Source: a virus
Taxonomy: Duplodnaviria; Caudoviricetes
IMG/VR virus record: IMGVR_UViG_3300031555_001586
Coordinates: 1-64,000 of that record
Strand: one strand, 5' to 3'
Length of the DNA stretch: 64,000 nucleotides
The notes beneath the pieces are model-generated. The model saw only the letters and a list, made by a program, of their open reading frames with translations. It ran no database searches and was not told the DNA's origin. Shown piece by piece: positions 48,666 to 59,993 of the stretch; positions within the stretch are counted from its first letter, which is position 1, and every line of letters starts with the position of its first letter. The position numbers and the translations under genes were made by a program.

Positions 48666-49180
48666 TGTCTAATAGTTCAATTGTTGGAAAAGCTAAAAAT
48701 AAAATTATCAAAGAATTTATCAAAGACCCAGAAATTATAGCGGCTATTGATAGCAGCGAAATTAAACCAAATGAACCAGAAAAACTTATCAATAAACATA
48801 TTTTTAACTTTAATCAGAATCCCCACACTCTGAATATAGTTGGAACATTTATAACGATACAGGTACATATACCTCAAAATTATTATACTGGATACCATGG
48901 CACTTCTACAATTCATGTGAAACCAACTATCGAGATATGGATTATATCTCATGAGAAACATATGGTTGTTGATAATGTGCCAAAAGTTACCCAAAATCGA
49001 AATGATTATTTGTCAGAATTGATTGATATGAAGATTAATAAAAGAAGTGGTTTTGGTATTGGTGAAACTAAATTGATAAGCAATGTAGAGGGCGCATTTC
49101 AAGCAGATTATTTATATAGAAAGCTAGTCTTTGAATGTTTGGATTTAAACGCTTCTATGTGTGGAAATGACGATGGGTAA
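48665..49180 (+). CDS. tail completion/terminator protein (putative)
   Basis: 171 aa; RNDYLSELID motif; position. Confidence 0.45.
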   Translation: MSNSSIVGKAKNKIIKEFIKDPEIIAAIDSSEIKPNEPEKLINKHIFNFNQNPHTLNIVGTFITIQVHIPQNYYTGYHGTSTIHVKPTIEIWIISHEKHMVVDNVPKVTQNRNDYLSELIDMKINKRSGFGIGETKLISNVEGAFQADYLYRKLVFECLDLNASMCGNDDG

Positions 49181-49201
49181 ATAAAATGAGGTTATGTAAA
49201 A

Positions 49202-50029
49202 ATGTTTGATATAGATGAACTAAAAATTTATAAAGGCAGTGATATCCCTATTACTGACAAAATAATTGTCATACAACCAACAATAGACCAAATTATTGAA
49301 TTTGGTGAGAAAAAATATTTTCAAGCTGTTCATACTTTGACTGGTGTTGGCGCTGATTTTAAATGGCAATTATGGGACTATTTTGGAAGAGATTATACTA
49401 CGATTGACGACTTTGAATTATTTAAGCTGATGATTTGGGGAAGTCTTTCTAGTAAAAAACATATCTATAAAGAGTTGACAGAAAATCGGGAAAAATATGC
49501 CGAAGAATTGAAAAAGATATCGGAAGAGGATTTGGCTGAAATGCTGGTCAACCCTCTTTCTTTAGTATTAAAAGATATTGATTTGGCTGATTTTGAAGAA
49601 TATGAATCAGACAAAAATCAAGAAACTATTTTATATGATAAAGAACATGATATTACAATTGATAGATTTGTATATACAAGAATTGTTGATGCGGTTAGAA
49701 AAATTCATGGGTTTAAAAGGAATGGTGAGATTCCTGCAAATGAAAGAACCAAAATGGATTTGATTGAAGATGCAAGAGATGATGCTATGAGAGATTCCCA
49801 AAAACCTTATAAAAGTGTGTTAAAACCTCTTATTTCAGCTTTGGCTGTTAAGACAGGACAATTGGGAAGCGATAGTATATGGAATACAAAAATCAACATG
49901 TTCTTTGATGCTATAAAAAGAATTAACAAAATTCAGGATGCAGAATTGTTATTGCAAGGTGCATATTCTGGATTTGCCAGTTTGAAGGGTGTGGATAAGA
50001 CACGCTTAGATTGGGCTGGCGATATTTAA
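49202..50029 (+). CDS. tail-module hypothetical protein
   Basis: 275 aa, directly upstream of the major tail gene. Confidence 0.5.
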   Translation: MFDIDELKIYKGSDIPITDKIIVIQPTIDQIIEFGEKKYFQAVHTLTGVGADFKWQLWDYFGRDYTTIDDFELFKLMIWGSLSSKKHIYKELTENREKYAEELKKISEEDLAEMLVNPLSLVLKDIDLADFEEYESDKNQETILYDKEHDITIDRFVYTRIVDAVRKIHGFKRNGEIPANERTKMDLIEDARDDAMRDSQKPYKSVLKPLISALAVKTGQLGSDSIWNTKINMFFDAIKRINKIQDAELLLQGAYSGFASLKGVDKTRLDWAGDI

Positions 50030-50078
50030 ACTTGATTGCAAGTTTTATTAAAATTAAATTTATAAAGGAGATTTTATT

Positions 50079-50891
50079 ATGGCTTTTAATAAAAACGAGG
50101 TTCTTATCGATAGAGTCAGAAGCCTGACTTGCCACGACCTTGAGACTAAGAAGATGTTCATGAGACTGACTTCTCTGGAAGATTCTAGCCTGAACTGCAC
50201 TGCTGAGGGTGAAGAGATTGTTGACGCTATCGGTGCTCTGATTACTACTCTGTATCGTGCTAAGAAGGCCACCTTCTCTGCTTCTAACTCCCTTGTTTCT
50301 CTTGACCTTGCTGCTGCTCAGTATGGTGCTAAGAAGGAAGTTGTTGGCGAAAATGGTGTTGAGAAGATTGTTGATTATACCTATGAAATTCTGCCCGTTG
50401 TCGCTCCTGCCGAGGAAGGTCAGTCTGCTACTGTAAAGTTAGCTCACGCTCCTATTAAGGATAGCATTAAGTGGATTTACACTATCGAGAACAATGAAAT
50501 TGGCACTGCTTATGCAGTGGCTGCTGCTGCTTCCGCAACTGAGGCTGTTGTGTCTGAGGAAGGAGTTATTACTCTGCCTACTGGCGTGACTTCTGGCAAG
50601 GTTTATGTTGAGTATACTTACGAGACTGAGAACGCTGTCCGTGTGGTCAACAAGGCTTCTGAGTTCCCCACTGCTTGCAGCGTTGTTATCTATGCTTACT
50701 TCAGAGATGTCTGCAACGAGAACAAGGTTTACTCTGGCAAGATTATTTGCCCCAAGGCTAAGCTGAATCCTGAGTCTGTTGAGATGGCTCTGACTTCCAC
50801 TGGCAAGCATCCCTTCGAGTTTGTCATTAACCGTGACTATTGCGCTGAAGAGGGCGAAGATGTCCTGTTCGAGATTGTGCTGGCAGAATAA
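50079..50891 (+). CDS. major tail (tube) protein
   Basis: 270 aa, capsid-like codon bias, followed by a terminator at 50941-50961. Confidence 0.7.
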   Translation: MAFNKNEVLIDRVRSLTCHDLETKKMFMRLTSLEDSSLNCTAEGEEIVDAIGALITTLYRAKKATFSASNSLVSLDLAAAQYGAKKEVVGENGVEKIVDYTYEILPVVAPAEEGQSATVKLAHAPIKDSIKWIYTIENNEIGTAYAVAAAASATEAVVSEEGVITLPTGVTSGKVYVEYTYETENAVRVVNKASEFPTACSVVIYAYFRDVCNENKVYSGKIICPKAKLNPESVEMALTSTGKHPFEFVINRDYCAEEGEDVLFEIVLAE

Positions 50892-50985
50892 TTATAATTT
50901 ATAATTTAGATTATAATAATTAAAGTTATAAAAAATATGAGTAGGGGTTTAAATCCCCTACTCTATTTTTGTTTGGAGGTAAACA

Positions 50986-51375
50986 ATGGCGGCAAAAAAT
51001 AATGCTACTTGCAGTATCTGTGGAAGACCGTATCATATGTGTGCTTCTTGTAAAGATTCAATGCAAGTGAATCCTTGGAAGATGTTTACCGATACATCCG
51101 AACATTACAAAGTGTTTCAGGTTGTTAAAGGTTTCAATACTGGTGTATATACCAAGGATGAGGCTAAAATTAAATTCAAAAATATTGACTTGAGTGATAA
51201 GGATTCTTTTCGACCACATATCAAACAAATTATTGATGATATTTTGTTTGAGCCTGTTGTCGAAAAGGTTGTTACTCCTAAAAAGAGAAATAAAGTTAAT
51301 AAAATTGAAGCAGAAGCAATCGACGATGTTAAAATTAACGAGATTGAAGTTGTCGAAGTTGTTGAAGCAGAGTAA
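50986..51375 (+). CDS. Zn-finger hypothetical protein
   Basis: CSICG..YHMCASC motif; SD GGAGG. Confidence 0.6.
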   Translation: MAAKNNATCSICGRPYHMCASCKDSMQVNPWKMFTDTSEHYKVFQVVKGFNTGVYTKDEAKIKFKNIDLSDKDSFRPHIKQIIDDILFEPVVEKVVTPKKRNKVNKIEAEAIDDVKINEIEVVEVVEAE

Positions 51376-51567
51376 TCTGTTTTTTAAGTGTGTAAATAAA
51401 TATTAGTTTAGATAAATGTAAAAAGGAGTATTATTTCACACTTTTATAATTGTTATAGATAATTAGTTTAAGTTGGAAGTTAGTACTCCTTTTTTTTTAC
51501 GCTTATCTAAGCTAATATTTGGAGTGCAAAAATGAATTGAAAGGTTAAATTTGAAGGTGAAAAGAAA

Positions 51568-51798
51568 ATGAAGACTATAAGTGATGTAACTGGCATTGAA
51601 TATGAAATGGAAGATGTAGTCCATTTCCGAAATTTATATCAATCAAGTTTTTATATTGGTCACAATGCGAAGATTGTAGATGTGTTTACTGATAGTAAAG
51701 GAAAGTTAGTATTTGTCTTTTATCGCAATCAACATGAAGAGCTGATTAAGTTGTGGCTTGCTAATAAGAAAGAAGATAGTGAAACAAATAAAAACTAA
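51568..51798 (+). CDS. small protein, DUF5659-like
   Basis: HFRNLYQSSFY...KLVFVF.R...EELIKLW pattern. Confidence 0.45.
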   Translation: MKTISDVTGIEYEMEDVVHFRNLYQSSFYIGHNAKIVDVFTDSKGKLVFVFYRNQHEELIKLWLANKKEDSETNKN

Positions 51799-51818
51799 AT
51801 TTTAAATGGTGAAAATGA

Positions 51819-52355
51819 ATGACAAAGAAAGCAACCATCAACTATGGCAAGCGATTTGAAGAAGATTGGTCTTCCTCTCTTCCCTCTTATTGTTATGTTC
51901 ACCGTCTTAGAGATTCTGCGCAATCTTATAATAACAGTAGTAAAACCCAGTTTTCATGGGATAATGAATGTGATTTCTTTGTGTTAGACTCTCATACTCA
52001 TTTATTCTATGCTATCGAGTGCAAGAGCACGAAATATAAAAGCATTTCAGTAGAATTAAGTAAAGATGAAAAATCTAGTAAGATGATTAAATATCATCAA
52101 ATTGAATCACTTAAAAAGATATCTGAATATGACGGTACTGTTGTAGGATTGATGCTTAATTTTCGTGGTGAAGATAATGACAATCAGAGATTGTATTTTA
52201 TAGATATAAAAAATTTTTGTAATATGATGAAACAGATTGATAAGTCTAGTTTTAATGAGCTAGACTTATTGACTGTTGGTAGAGCTGTTAGAATACAAGG
52301 CGAGAAAAAACGTACTAGGTGGAAATGGAATCTTGAAGATTTTCTAAAGTCTTAA
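51819..52355 (+). CDS. recU: Holliday junction resolvase, RecU family
   Basis: NYGKRFE, CDF, AIECKST and IKYHQIESL. Confidence 0.75.
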   Translation: MTKKATINYGKRFEEDWSSSLPSYCYVHRLRDSAQSYNNSSKTQFSWDNECDFFVLDSHTHLFYAIECKSTKYKSISVELSKDEKSSKMIKYHQIESLKKISEYDGTVVGLMLNFRGEDNDNQRLYFIDIKNFCNMMKQIDKSSFNELDLLTVGRAVRIQGEKKRTRWKWNLEDFLKS

Positions 52356-52407
52356 TCTGCTCTTCCTCTCCCCTCCCTCAAATGAATGAAAAGAAAGGTG
52401 AAAATAC

Positions 52408-53016
52408 ATGGAAAATAAAAAGAACGTAATGACTGGTATGTATACACATAAAACTGACGACAATGAAGTTTCTCATAATTTCAATTTTTATACAAATCTC
52501 TCTACCGCTTCTAAATTGAGATTTGTTAATAATGTTACAAAACTTTTGGTAGATACTGATAAAAAGAGATATGATTCTGTGTTAAGAAATTTGGTATTTG
52601 ATTTTTTTATTGTTGAAGGGTTTACTTCTGTTAATGTAGATGAAATTATCAAGTCCAACTTTTTTGTTAATGATGCTGAAAAATTCTTAGAGGAAACAAA
52701 CATTGTGGATATTGTTAAGGCAAATATCGAAAATGGTGTGATTGAAGAGTTGAATCGTGCAGTAGATTTGAATATTCAATATATTACTGGCATCCATCCT
52801 AATCCTTTGAATGAAGCTCTGGCAAGACTGATTAATACTTTTGAAAAGAAAGTTAATGAAGTTGATTTGAGCAATATGTCTGCAATGTTAGAAGCTTTTA
52901 ATAATATGTCTGGCGAGTTTACTCCTGAGAATGTTGTGAAGGCATATATGAATACTGATTTTGCTAAGAAGAATATGGCTGAGGTTATGGAGGCTAAAAA
53001 TAAAAAGCAAGAATAA
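52408..53016 (+). CDS. hypothetical protein (possible tail assembly chaperone)
   Basis: 202 aa; SD GAAAGG; position only. Confidence 0.45.
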   Translation: MENKKNVMTGMYTHKTDDNEVSHNFNFYTNLSTASKLRFVNNVTKLLVDTDKKRYDSVLRNLVFDFFIVEGFTSVNVDEIIKSNFFVNDAEKFLEETNIVDIVKANIENGVIEELNRAVDLNIQYITGIHPNPLNEALARLINTFEKKVNEVDLSNMSAMLEAFNNMSGEFTPENVVKAYMNTDFAKKNMAEVMEAKNKKQE

Positions 53017-53048
53017 GATATAACTGATAGAGTTATAGGTGATTAAAA

Positions 53049-53474
53049 ATGAGAATAGAAAATATAGAGAAAAAACTATTGGCGGCATGTTTGGGCGCTA
53101 TGGATGAAGTTGAGTATAAAGTACATAATGAGTTTTCTAAAAATTTAGATAATTTTTATGGAAGTTATACGCCAGCAGAATATATAAGAACTGGTGCTCT
53201 TCGTGGTTCATTGAATACCACTGGCGTAAAATCAACTGGAAATGGCGCTGAAGCGGAAGTGTATTTTACTACACCTAGTTATCAAACTGGCTGGGTTCCG
53301 TTACAAAGTGGTGATTACGGATGGGCTGAATGGAGTGGTCAGAAGGTTCTTGATAACGCTATGGATGGTAGTCATGGCGGTTGGGCACATTCTGCACCTA
53401 TATGGTCAACAAGCATGAATAATCTTGGAGATTTAAAGGCATTATTGTTGGCTGAAGCAAAGTTTCGTCTTTAA
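53049..53474 (+). CDS. tail-module hypothetical protein (possibly HK97 gp10-like)
   Basis: Y.P.EYIRTG.LRGS motif. Confidence 0.45.
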   Translation: MRIENIEKKLLAACLGAMDEVEYKVHNEFSKNLDNFYGSYTPAEYIRTGALRGSLNTTGVKSTGNGAEAEVYFTTPSYQTGWVPLQSGDYGWAEWSGQKVLDNAMDGSHGGWAHSAPIWSTSMNNLGDLKALLLAEAKFRL

Positions 53475-53521
53475 TAGATGGCAATATGTTTATTTTATTT
53501 ATTTAGGAAGGAGGATGATTT

Positions 53522-54556
53522 ATGGCAAAAAGTAGAAAAACATTTAGAAAAGTTATAACCTCAGAGTATTTGACGGCTCAAATTAATAAAGAAAACATTC
53601 GGCTTATGGAGAGATTCTTAAAAAATTTTGCCACAAAACGCTCTCCTAAATCGGTTGTTGTATATAGAAGCAATTTGACGATTTTTTTTACATGGAATTT
53701 GCTTGAAAATTCTAATAAACCATTTGCTAAAATTCGCAAGCTCGAAATGCTTGATTTCTTCGATTACGCTTTAAGTGAATTGAAATGGTCTCCAAACCGT
53801 TTCCACCAGTGTCATAGTTCGCTATCTAGTTTTTCAGATTGGGTTGAAAATTATTATGATGAAGTCGAGGGATATGAAAATTTCAGAAATATAGTTAAGA
53901 AAATTGAAAAGCCGTCAAAAGAAGCGGTTAGAGAAAAAACTGTTTTGAAAGAAGAGGACATTGACAAGATATTTGTAGTTCTTGAAGAAGAAAACAGAGT
54001 TCAAGAGCAATGTTTATTAGCTCTAGCCATCTCTTGTGGCGCAAGAGTTTCTGAATTGGCTCAGTTTACCACTTCCCTAATTGATGAGGATAATACTGTT
54101 TTTGAAGGATTGTTTTTGGAAACCACTGAAAAGATTCGCACGAAAGGTTCTGGAACTCAGGGAAAGATGCTTAAGAAATATATTTTAAAAGATATGTTTT
54201 TGCCATATTATCATAAGTGGTTAAAAGAAAGGGAAGAAATTATTAAAGAAACTGGTCAAGACCATGATTCTCTATTTATTACGAGAGATGGAAATCCAGC
54301 AACCGCAGATAGACTAAGAGATTGGATTGGTACTTGGGGCGACATTGTTAATCAACCATCGTACCCTCATATGTATCGCCACTATCAAATAAGTTTGTTA
54401 AAGAGATTGGAAATTGACGATGATTTGATTGTGTATCTTACTGGTTGGGCAGAGGGCACTGGTCATACAATGATTTCAATTTACAACGACAATGATTTAA
54501 CTGAGACGCAGTTTGCGTGTCTTAGCAATCTAAAAGATTTTTTAAAAAATAAATAA
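53522..54556 (+). CDS. tyrosine recombinase (SPbeta YomM-like position)
   Basis: CGARVSEL, KGSG, HMYRHY and TGW...MISIY; directly upstream of the tape-measure gene. Confidence 0.85.
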   Translation: MAKSRKTFRKVITSEYLTAQINKENIRLMERFLKNFATKRSPKSVVVYRSNLTIFFTWNLLENSNKPFAKIRKLEMLDFFDYALSELKWSPNRFHQCHSSLSSFSDWVENYYDEVEGYENFRNIVKKIEKPSKEAVREKTVLKEEDIDKIFVVLEEENRVQEQCLLALAISCGARVSELAQFTTSLIDEDNTVFEGLFLETTEKIRTKGSGTQGKMLKKYILKDMFLPYYHKWLKEREEIIKETGQDHDSLFITRDGNPATADRLRDWIGTWGDIVNQPSYPHMYRHYQISLLKRLEIDDDLIVYLTGWAEGTGHTMISIYNDNDLTETQFACLSNLKDFLKNK

Positions 54557-54720
54557 TTTAAAAGGTTAATTTTAATACCTTATAACAAATAAAGTTATAC
54601 AAAGATAGGATTGGAGGATAACTACCTCCCTCCTGTCTTTTTTAAATTTTAAATTAGAATATTACAGCACCTTTGTGGTGCGTTTCATTATGCACCTATA
54701 AAGGAGTGTGAAATATATAT

Positions 54721-57700
54721 ATGGCAGATTATAATGTTAGTCTTGGAATCGATTTTGACGACGATAGGTTATCAAAGATAAAGAATACCTTAGAAGAAAT
54801 CGAAGGTAAAAAATATAATATTAAATTTGATATCGATGATGATGTTGATAATAAGATTGACAAGATTAAGTCTGGATTAAAAGAGTTAAATAAAAGCAAT
54901 AAAGGTTCTATTGCTACAGAGTCTTTAGAAAAGTCTCTTACCGAAGTATCTCGTTTAATTGCAAATATTAGTCGTTCTATCGGTACGCTTAATACCAAAA
55001 AGGGAACGTCTATTGTTACTACCGTTAATCATGTTAACACTGCATTACAAAAGGCTTCAAAGCAGTTTGAACAAATAAACAAAACTATGTCCTCCTTTGC
55101 TGGAAAGGATTTTGTTATAAATTTTGACCTTAAAATGGGAAATGCTAATCCAGTAAAGGCAATGACCGATTATGGTAGAGTGGCAAGAGAAAGCGCTATA
55201 CCAGACTTAGAAAAACAAGTTGTATATTTAAAAAAATTATTGGGCAATACGCAACAAGCTGAAAAGGCAATAAATAGTTACTTTTCTGCATATCATGGAG
55301 GATTCGAAGGATTAACTAAGAAGAATATTCTTTTGGATAGAATGAAGGGTCTTTCTGCTGATGGCGGAAAAGCAAGTATAGCCGACCAGATGAGCGCATA
55401 TAAGCAGTTCGTTGGTTATTTAAAAGAGATAGCTCAGATGAGAGGCATTAATTTAGATGGCTTCGACATTCAATTTCCAAAGACTGCTGATGAAATAATT
55501 GATGAGACTGTTAAAATTCAAAGTGGTGTTGACCAAACAGAAAAACAGTTTGAAAGATTAAAGCAAATTTTTGGTGGAAGCGGTGTTGATGCTGAAAAAC
55601 TTTCTGCGCAACTTCAGCCAATTATTGATGATTTAGGCCAGATAAGAACTGCTCTTGTTGGCCTACCAGATGATGCTGCTGGCGGTCTGGTTAATGGTTT
55701 AACTCAGAATTTCAATAAGCTGTCTGACGCATTGGATAAGTTTGTTTCCAATATTGATATTGTTAAGACTGCGCTTAATAGCGGTAATCTAGCTGGTGCT
55801 GACAGCGATGTAGCTGATATCGAAAGACAAGTGGAAAAATCTATCGAGAAGAAAAAGCAGGAAGCTAAACAGGCGCAGAAAACTGCTGATATTGTCGAAC
55901 AAAGCGAAAAGCAGATACAACAAGCAAAGAAAAAGACAGATAGCGTTCATACTTTTGATATTGCCAGATTAGACAAGCAGAATACACTAGAAAGCCATTT
56001 AGAAAAACTTCATTTTGATGATGCAGCTATAGAAAAAGTAACAAGCGACCTCAAAGAAATGAATGTCGTTGCAAAAAGTATAACCACTACTTTTGAAGAT
56101 GGAAAACTTGTTAAGCTTGACATAGATGGAGTCCAAAAGACGGCAGATGGTCTTGAAAGAATCGTCAAAGTAACAAGAACACTTGAAGGCGCAACTGTAG
56201 ATACTGATATAACCAAGGTTAAAACTTCTCTCGAAGAATCTGATAGGTTTATTAAGCAAAGAAAAAAGGCTGTTGCAGATTTATCTAATCAAATTAAACA
56301 AGTAAATCGTTCGGCAATAGACCCAAATGCGGAAAGGTCAATTAAAGACAAATCTCATTTAGCTTCCTTAGAAACCGAATATAATAAAATCACTGCTGCT
56401 ATTCAAAGAATGCAGACTGCTTCAAGCGGCACTTTCGATGACGAGCAAATAAATGTTAAAAATTTAATATCTGATTTTAAGAGTCTTGTAAGAGAATATA
56501 AAAATGCTGAGAATATTGCCTTAAAAAATAAAGGTGTGGATATTGACTCTGGCTTGGCTATAGCAAAGAATAACTTGGATAAATTGAAGTCTGATGCAAA
56601 AGGTTATTCTCAAATTGCAGAAACTATAGAAAAGTTAGATGAAGCTATTACTGGGGTTGGAGATAAATCTTCTCTTGATAAATTTAATAATCAATTAAGA
56701 GTAGCTAGGTCTGAATTAGACAAAATTAAATCCGAGGAAAGAGCTTCAAACAGAGTTCAATCAGATTTGAGTAAAGATGCAAGAGACCTTGCTGCTCAAC
56801 AGAAAAAAATTAGTGATTTAAGACTTGAGATTGAAAAGCTTCAAGATGCTGGTGGCAAATCTAATCAAATTGAAGTTTTAACTAAACAGCTAAATGAATA
56901 TGAAGATGCCTATAATCGTGCTATGGGTTCTTTCATGAAAAAATTATCAGCAAATGCTGGTGATGCTCCTTTAGGAATTACCTCAAAGATTGAAGCCGAG
57001 ATAGAGAAAGGCGAGGCCGCTCTCGAAAAATATAGAGCACTTGGGAAAGATATACAAGCTTTAAAGATTAGAGATATTGAACTCAAGTTGGATAGCACTG
57101 GCGCAAATAGCTTCCATTCTCAAGTAGAGCAAATGCATAAAGATGCAGAAAAATTAAACTCTGCTTCTGTCGATTTGGGAACGGCGCTAGACAAGCTTGA
57201 CAATGCTTATGAAGAACTGCGTAATGCTCGTGGTGATACTAGTGACGATGGAGCAGAACGTTTAATTGTCGCAGAAGAAAAATATCAGAGAGCACTAGAA
57301 GAAACTGCAAATCAGTTAAAAGAAAATCAAAGAATTGAAAAGAATGCATTTGGTGAAAAAAGCCTAAACCTTGATAAAGCAAAAGCTCAATTAAGACTAG
57401 ATGGTATATTTGAAGAAAATTCTGCCGCTGCAAAAGTATTTGGAGAAAGACTAGATGAATTAAAGAGTAAGTTAAATAGTATTAAAAATGATGGTGATTT
57501 AAAATTATTTAACAAAGAAATTGACATTTTAGAAAAAGATGTAAAAAATTCTGGTCTCTCTACTCAGACTTTTGGCAGTAAGTTTAAAGAACAATTTCAG
57601 AAATATTCTCAATATTTTTCTGTTGCAGAAGTCTTCATGTATGTTGAAGAGGGCTTAAGAGATATGTTTGAGCAGGTCAAACTAATTGACTCTGCTATGA

Positions 57701-58143
57701 CGGAACTTAAAAAAGTTACTAATGAGTCTGATGCGGCTTATAACCAGTTCTTAAGCAATGCTGCATCAAGGTCTAAAGAGATTGGTACTACTATTGACGG
57801 TCTTGTAAATTCTACTGCTGATTTTGCAAGGCTTGGCTATGATTTTGTTGATTCTCAAGGACTTGCTGAAGTAGCAAATATTTATGCAGTTGTTGGCGAT
57901 GAAGTTGAGGGCGTTGAAGGCGCTACAGAGAGCTTAATTTCTACAATGGCTGCATTTAAGGGCGAAATGGATGGCATGAGCAACAGCGATTTCGCCATGA
58001 ATATAATTGACAAATTTAATGAGATAGGTAACAACTTTGCTATCTCATCGGGCGGCATTGGTGAAGCATTAGAGAGAAGTGCTTCTTCTATGTATGCTGC
58101 AAATAATACTTTGGATGAAAGTATTGCCTTAATCACGGCAGCT
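54721..58143 (+). CDS. tail tape measure protein, exon 1
   Basis: Long coiled coil; LIDSAMTELKKVT and STADFARLG TMP motifs; ends ...IALITAA at the splice site. Confidence 0.85.
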
Positions 58144-58579
58144 ATGTAAAATTGGCTGTTCATATAGCAATATATGATTTGAATACATTTAATTGCTGGG
58201 AACTTCTTAGAGCTTTACACCACAATAACGGAGAAATCACGTTATGAAGGTTTGACAACGTAAAGATTGGATAATCAGCAGCGAAGTACCCTAACGTATT
58301 CCGTAGACCATACGGTGTTTAGTCGAGGGTAAACGTTCAACGACCATTCCCAAGTCGGGGTTTAGAAATACCAACAATGTTGGTTATAAAATAAAGGTGG
58401 AAATCCTGAATATCTAAACCATTAGAAGTAGGGCGCAATTGCAAAGGTGCAGGTGAGAATCCTTTAAATCGAAATAGTGTACTCCTTATTTTTCGAGGAT
58501 GAAGATATGGTCTTTTCAATATAGAAATATGTTGGTGTGTTTTATGATAAAAATATATTTGTAAATAGTCAGAAAATTC

Positions 58580-58608
58580 TTGACTTATAACAAATAATGT
58601 TATATAAT
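58580..58608 (+). promoter_or_regulatory. sigmaA promoter inside the intron
   Basis: TTGACT-17 bp-TATAAT upstream of the intron ORFs. Confidence 0.75.
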
Positions 58609-58642
58609 ATAAATAAAATTATATAACTTGTAGGTGAAAACA

Positions 58643-58810
58643 ATGAAAAGATACGATAAAGAATATTCTACGCAACATACGCCAGAAAAAGAGTATTTGT
58701 TGCAAAATGGAATTAAGCCATCATTTGTAAAAATTATTGATGGTATTACAACTTATAAATATACAAAGACGGCGACATTATTTAAATTGTTGTCTGTTTT
58801 TTATGATTGA
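58643..58810 (+). CDS. intron-encoded 55-aa protein (DUF5659-like)
   Basis: MKRYDKEYSTQHTPEKEYLLQNGIKPSFVK...TTYKYTKT..LFKLL; SD AGGTGA. Confidence 0.6.
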   Translation: MKRYDKEYSTQHTPEKEYLLQNGIKPSFVKIIDGITTYKYTKTATLFKLLSVFYD

Positions 58811-58838
58811 AATAAAATGATAATATACGGGTGATAAT

Positions 58839-59993
58839 ATGGCTAAGAAAATTCATATATGTGTAAATTGTGGAGAAAAATTTGAAAGTTATGCAGATAA
58901 TACAAAATTTTGCAGTAGAAAATGTTATGAAGAAAATAGACAATCAAATAGAAAAACGAAAAGGGTTGTTTGTCCTATTTGCAATGAAGAATTTCTTCAG
59001 ATTCGTCCAGAACAAATATTTTGTAGTAATAAATGCAAGGTCAAATCAAGAGAAGATAAAATAAAGTGTGTTTGTGAGCATTGCGGTGTTTCATTTGAAA
59101 GAAAACGAAGTGAAGTTGATAAAAATCAAAGACATTATTGCTCTAACGAATGTAAGATAAATGGGATGTTTTGGAGCGAAGAAGATACGAATATTTTAAT
59201 TTCTAATTACAAGAAATTGTCTTATAGAGAAATGAGTGAAAATGATATTTTTTCTGTTCATAAAACGATTGATGAAATTAAAAGAAGAGCTATTTATATT
59301 GGCATTACTTCTTCAAGAGATTGGTCTGATGAAGAGATTGACGTATTAAAGAATAATTATTCGAAAGTTTCTATGAATGAAATATTAAATATGCTGCCAA
59401 ACAGAACAAGACCGTCTATATTGGGCAAGGCCCGCAGTTATGAGCTAAAGAGCAAATTTTATCTTACTCATATGTATTCAAATGAAGAAAATGAATACAT
59501 AAAAAATAATTATTTGCTTAAATCGAACGAAGAGATGGGAAAAGAATTAAATAGAAGTGTTCAAGGTATTGCCGAACATTTGTTAGTTCTTGATTTGCAT
59601 AGACCAACTGAAATAGATAATTATAAAACACTGAAAAAGTATGTTAGATGTAGATTGACTACTTGGAGAGATAATATAAGAGAATTAAATAATTATACTT
59701 GTCAGTTGACTGGCATAAGAACGAATATTGTAGTTCATCATATTCGTAGTTTTAATTTACTTTTTCTTGAAACAATTAAGGCATTAAACTTCCCAATTTA
59801 CGATGATATATCTAATTATAATCAAGAACAATTGGATGAATTTCTAAATATGTTTTTAGAGATTCAGGAAAACTATAATAGTTATATTTGCATTAATGAA
59901 GATATACATAAAAGGTTTCATAAGGAATATGGCTATGGAGATAACACAGAAGAACAATGGGATGAATTTATAAATAAATATTATAAGAAATAA
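58839..59993 (+). CDS. intron-encoded HNH homing endonuclease
   Basis: Three CxxC...CS.xC Zn repeats, three W/YS.EE..L..NY Myb-like repeats, C-terminal YTCQLTG...VHHI...HKRFHKEYG. Confidence 0.85.
   Translation: MAKKIHICVNCGEKFESYADNTKFCSRKCYEENRQSNRKTKRVVCPICNEEFLQIRPEQIFCSNKCKVKSREDKIKCVCEHCGVSFERKRSEVDKNQRHYCSNECKINGMFWSEEDTNILISNYKKLSYREMSENDIFSVHKTIDEIKRRAIYIGITSSRDWSDEEIDVLKNNYSKVSMNEILNMLPNRTRPSILGKARSYELKSKFYLTHMYSNEENEYIKNNYLLKSNEEMGKELNRSVQGIAEHLLVLDLHRPTEIDNYKTLKKYVRCRLTTWRDNIRELNNYTCQLTGIRTNIVVHHIRSFNLLFLETIKALNFPIYDDISNYNQEQLDEFLNMFLEIQENYNSYICINEDIHKRFHKEYGYGDNTEEQWDEFINKYYKK

Noticed and set aside
52408-54720. Tail-chaperone programmed frameshift before the tape-measure gene
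   Set aside because: I found no convincing slippery site with an overlapping downstream frame; the gene before the TMP is a recombinase
58839-59993. Reverse transcriptase, group II intron or diversity-generating retroelement
   Set aside because: No YADD/RT motifs in any ORF; the intron core is group I and its ORF is an HNH nuclease
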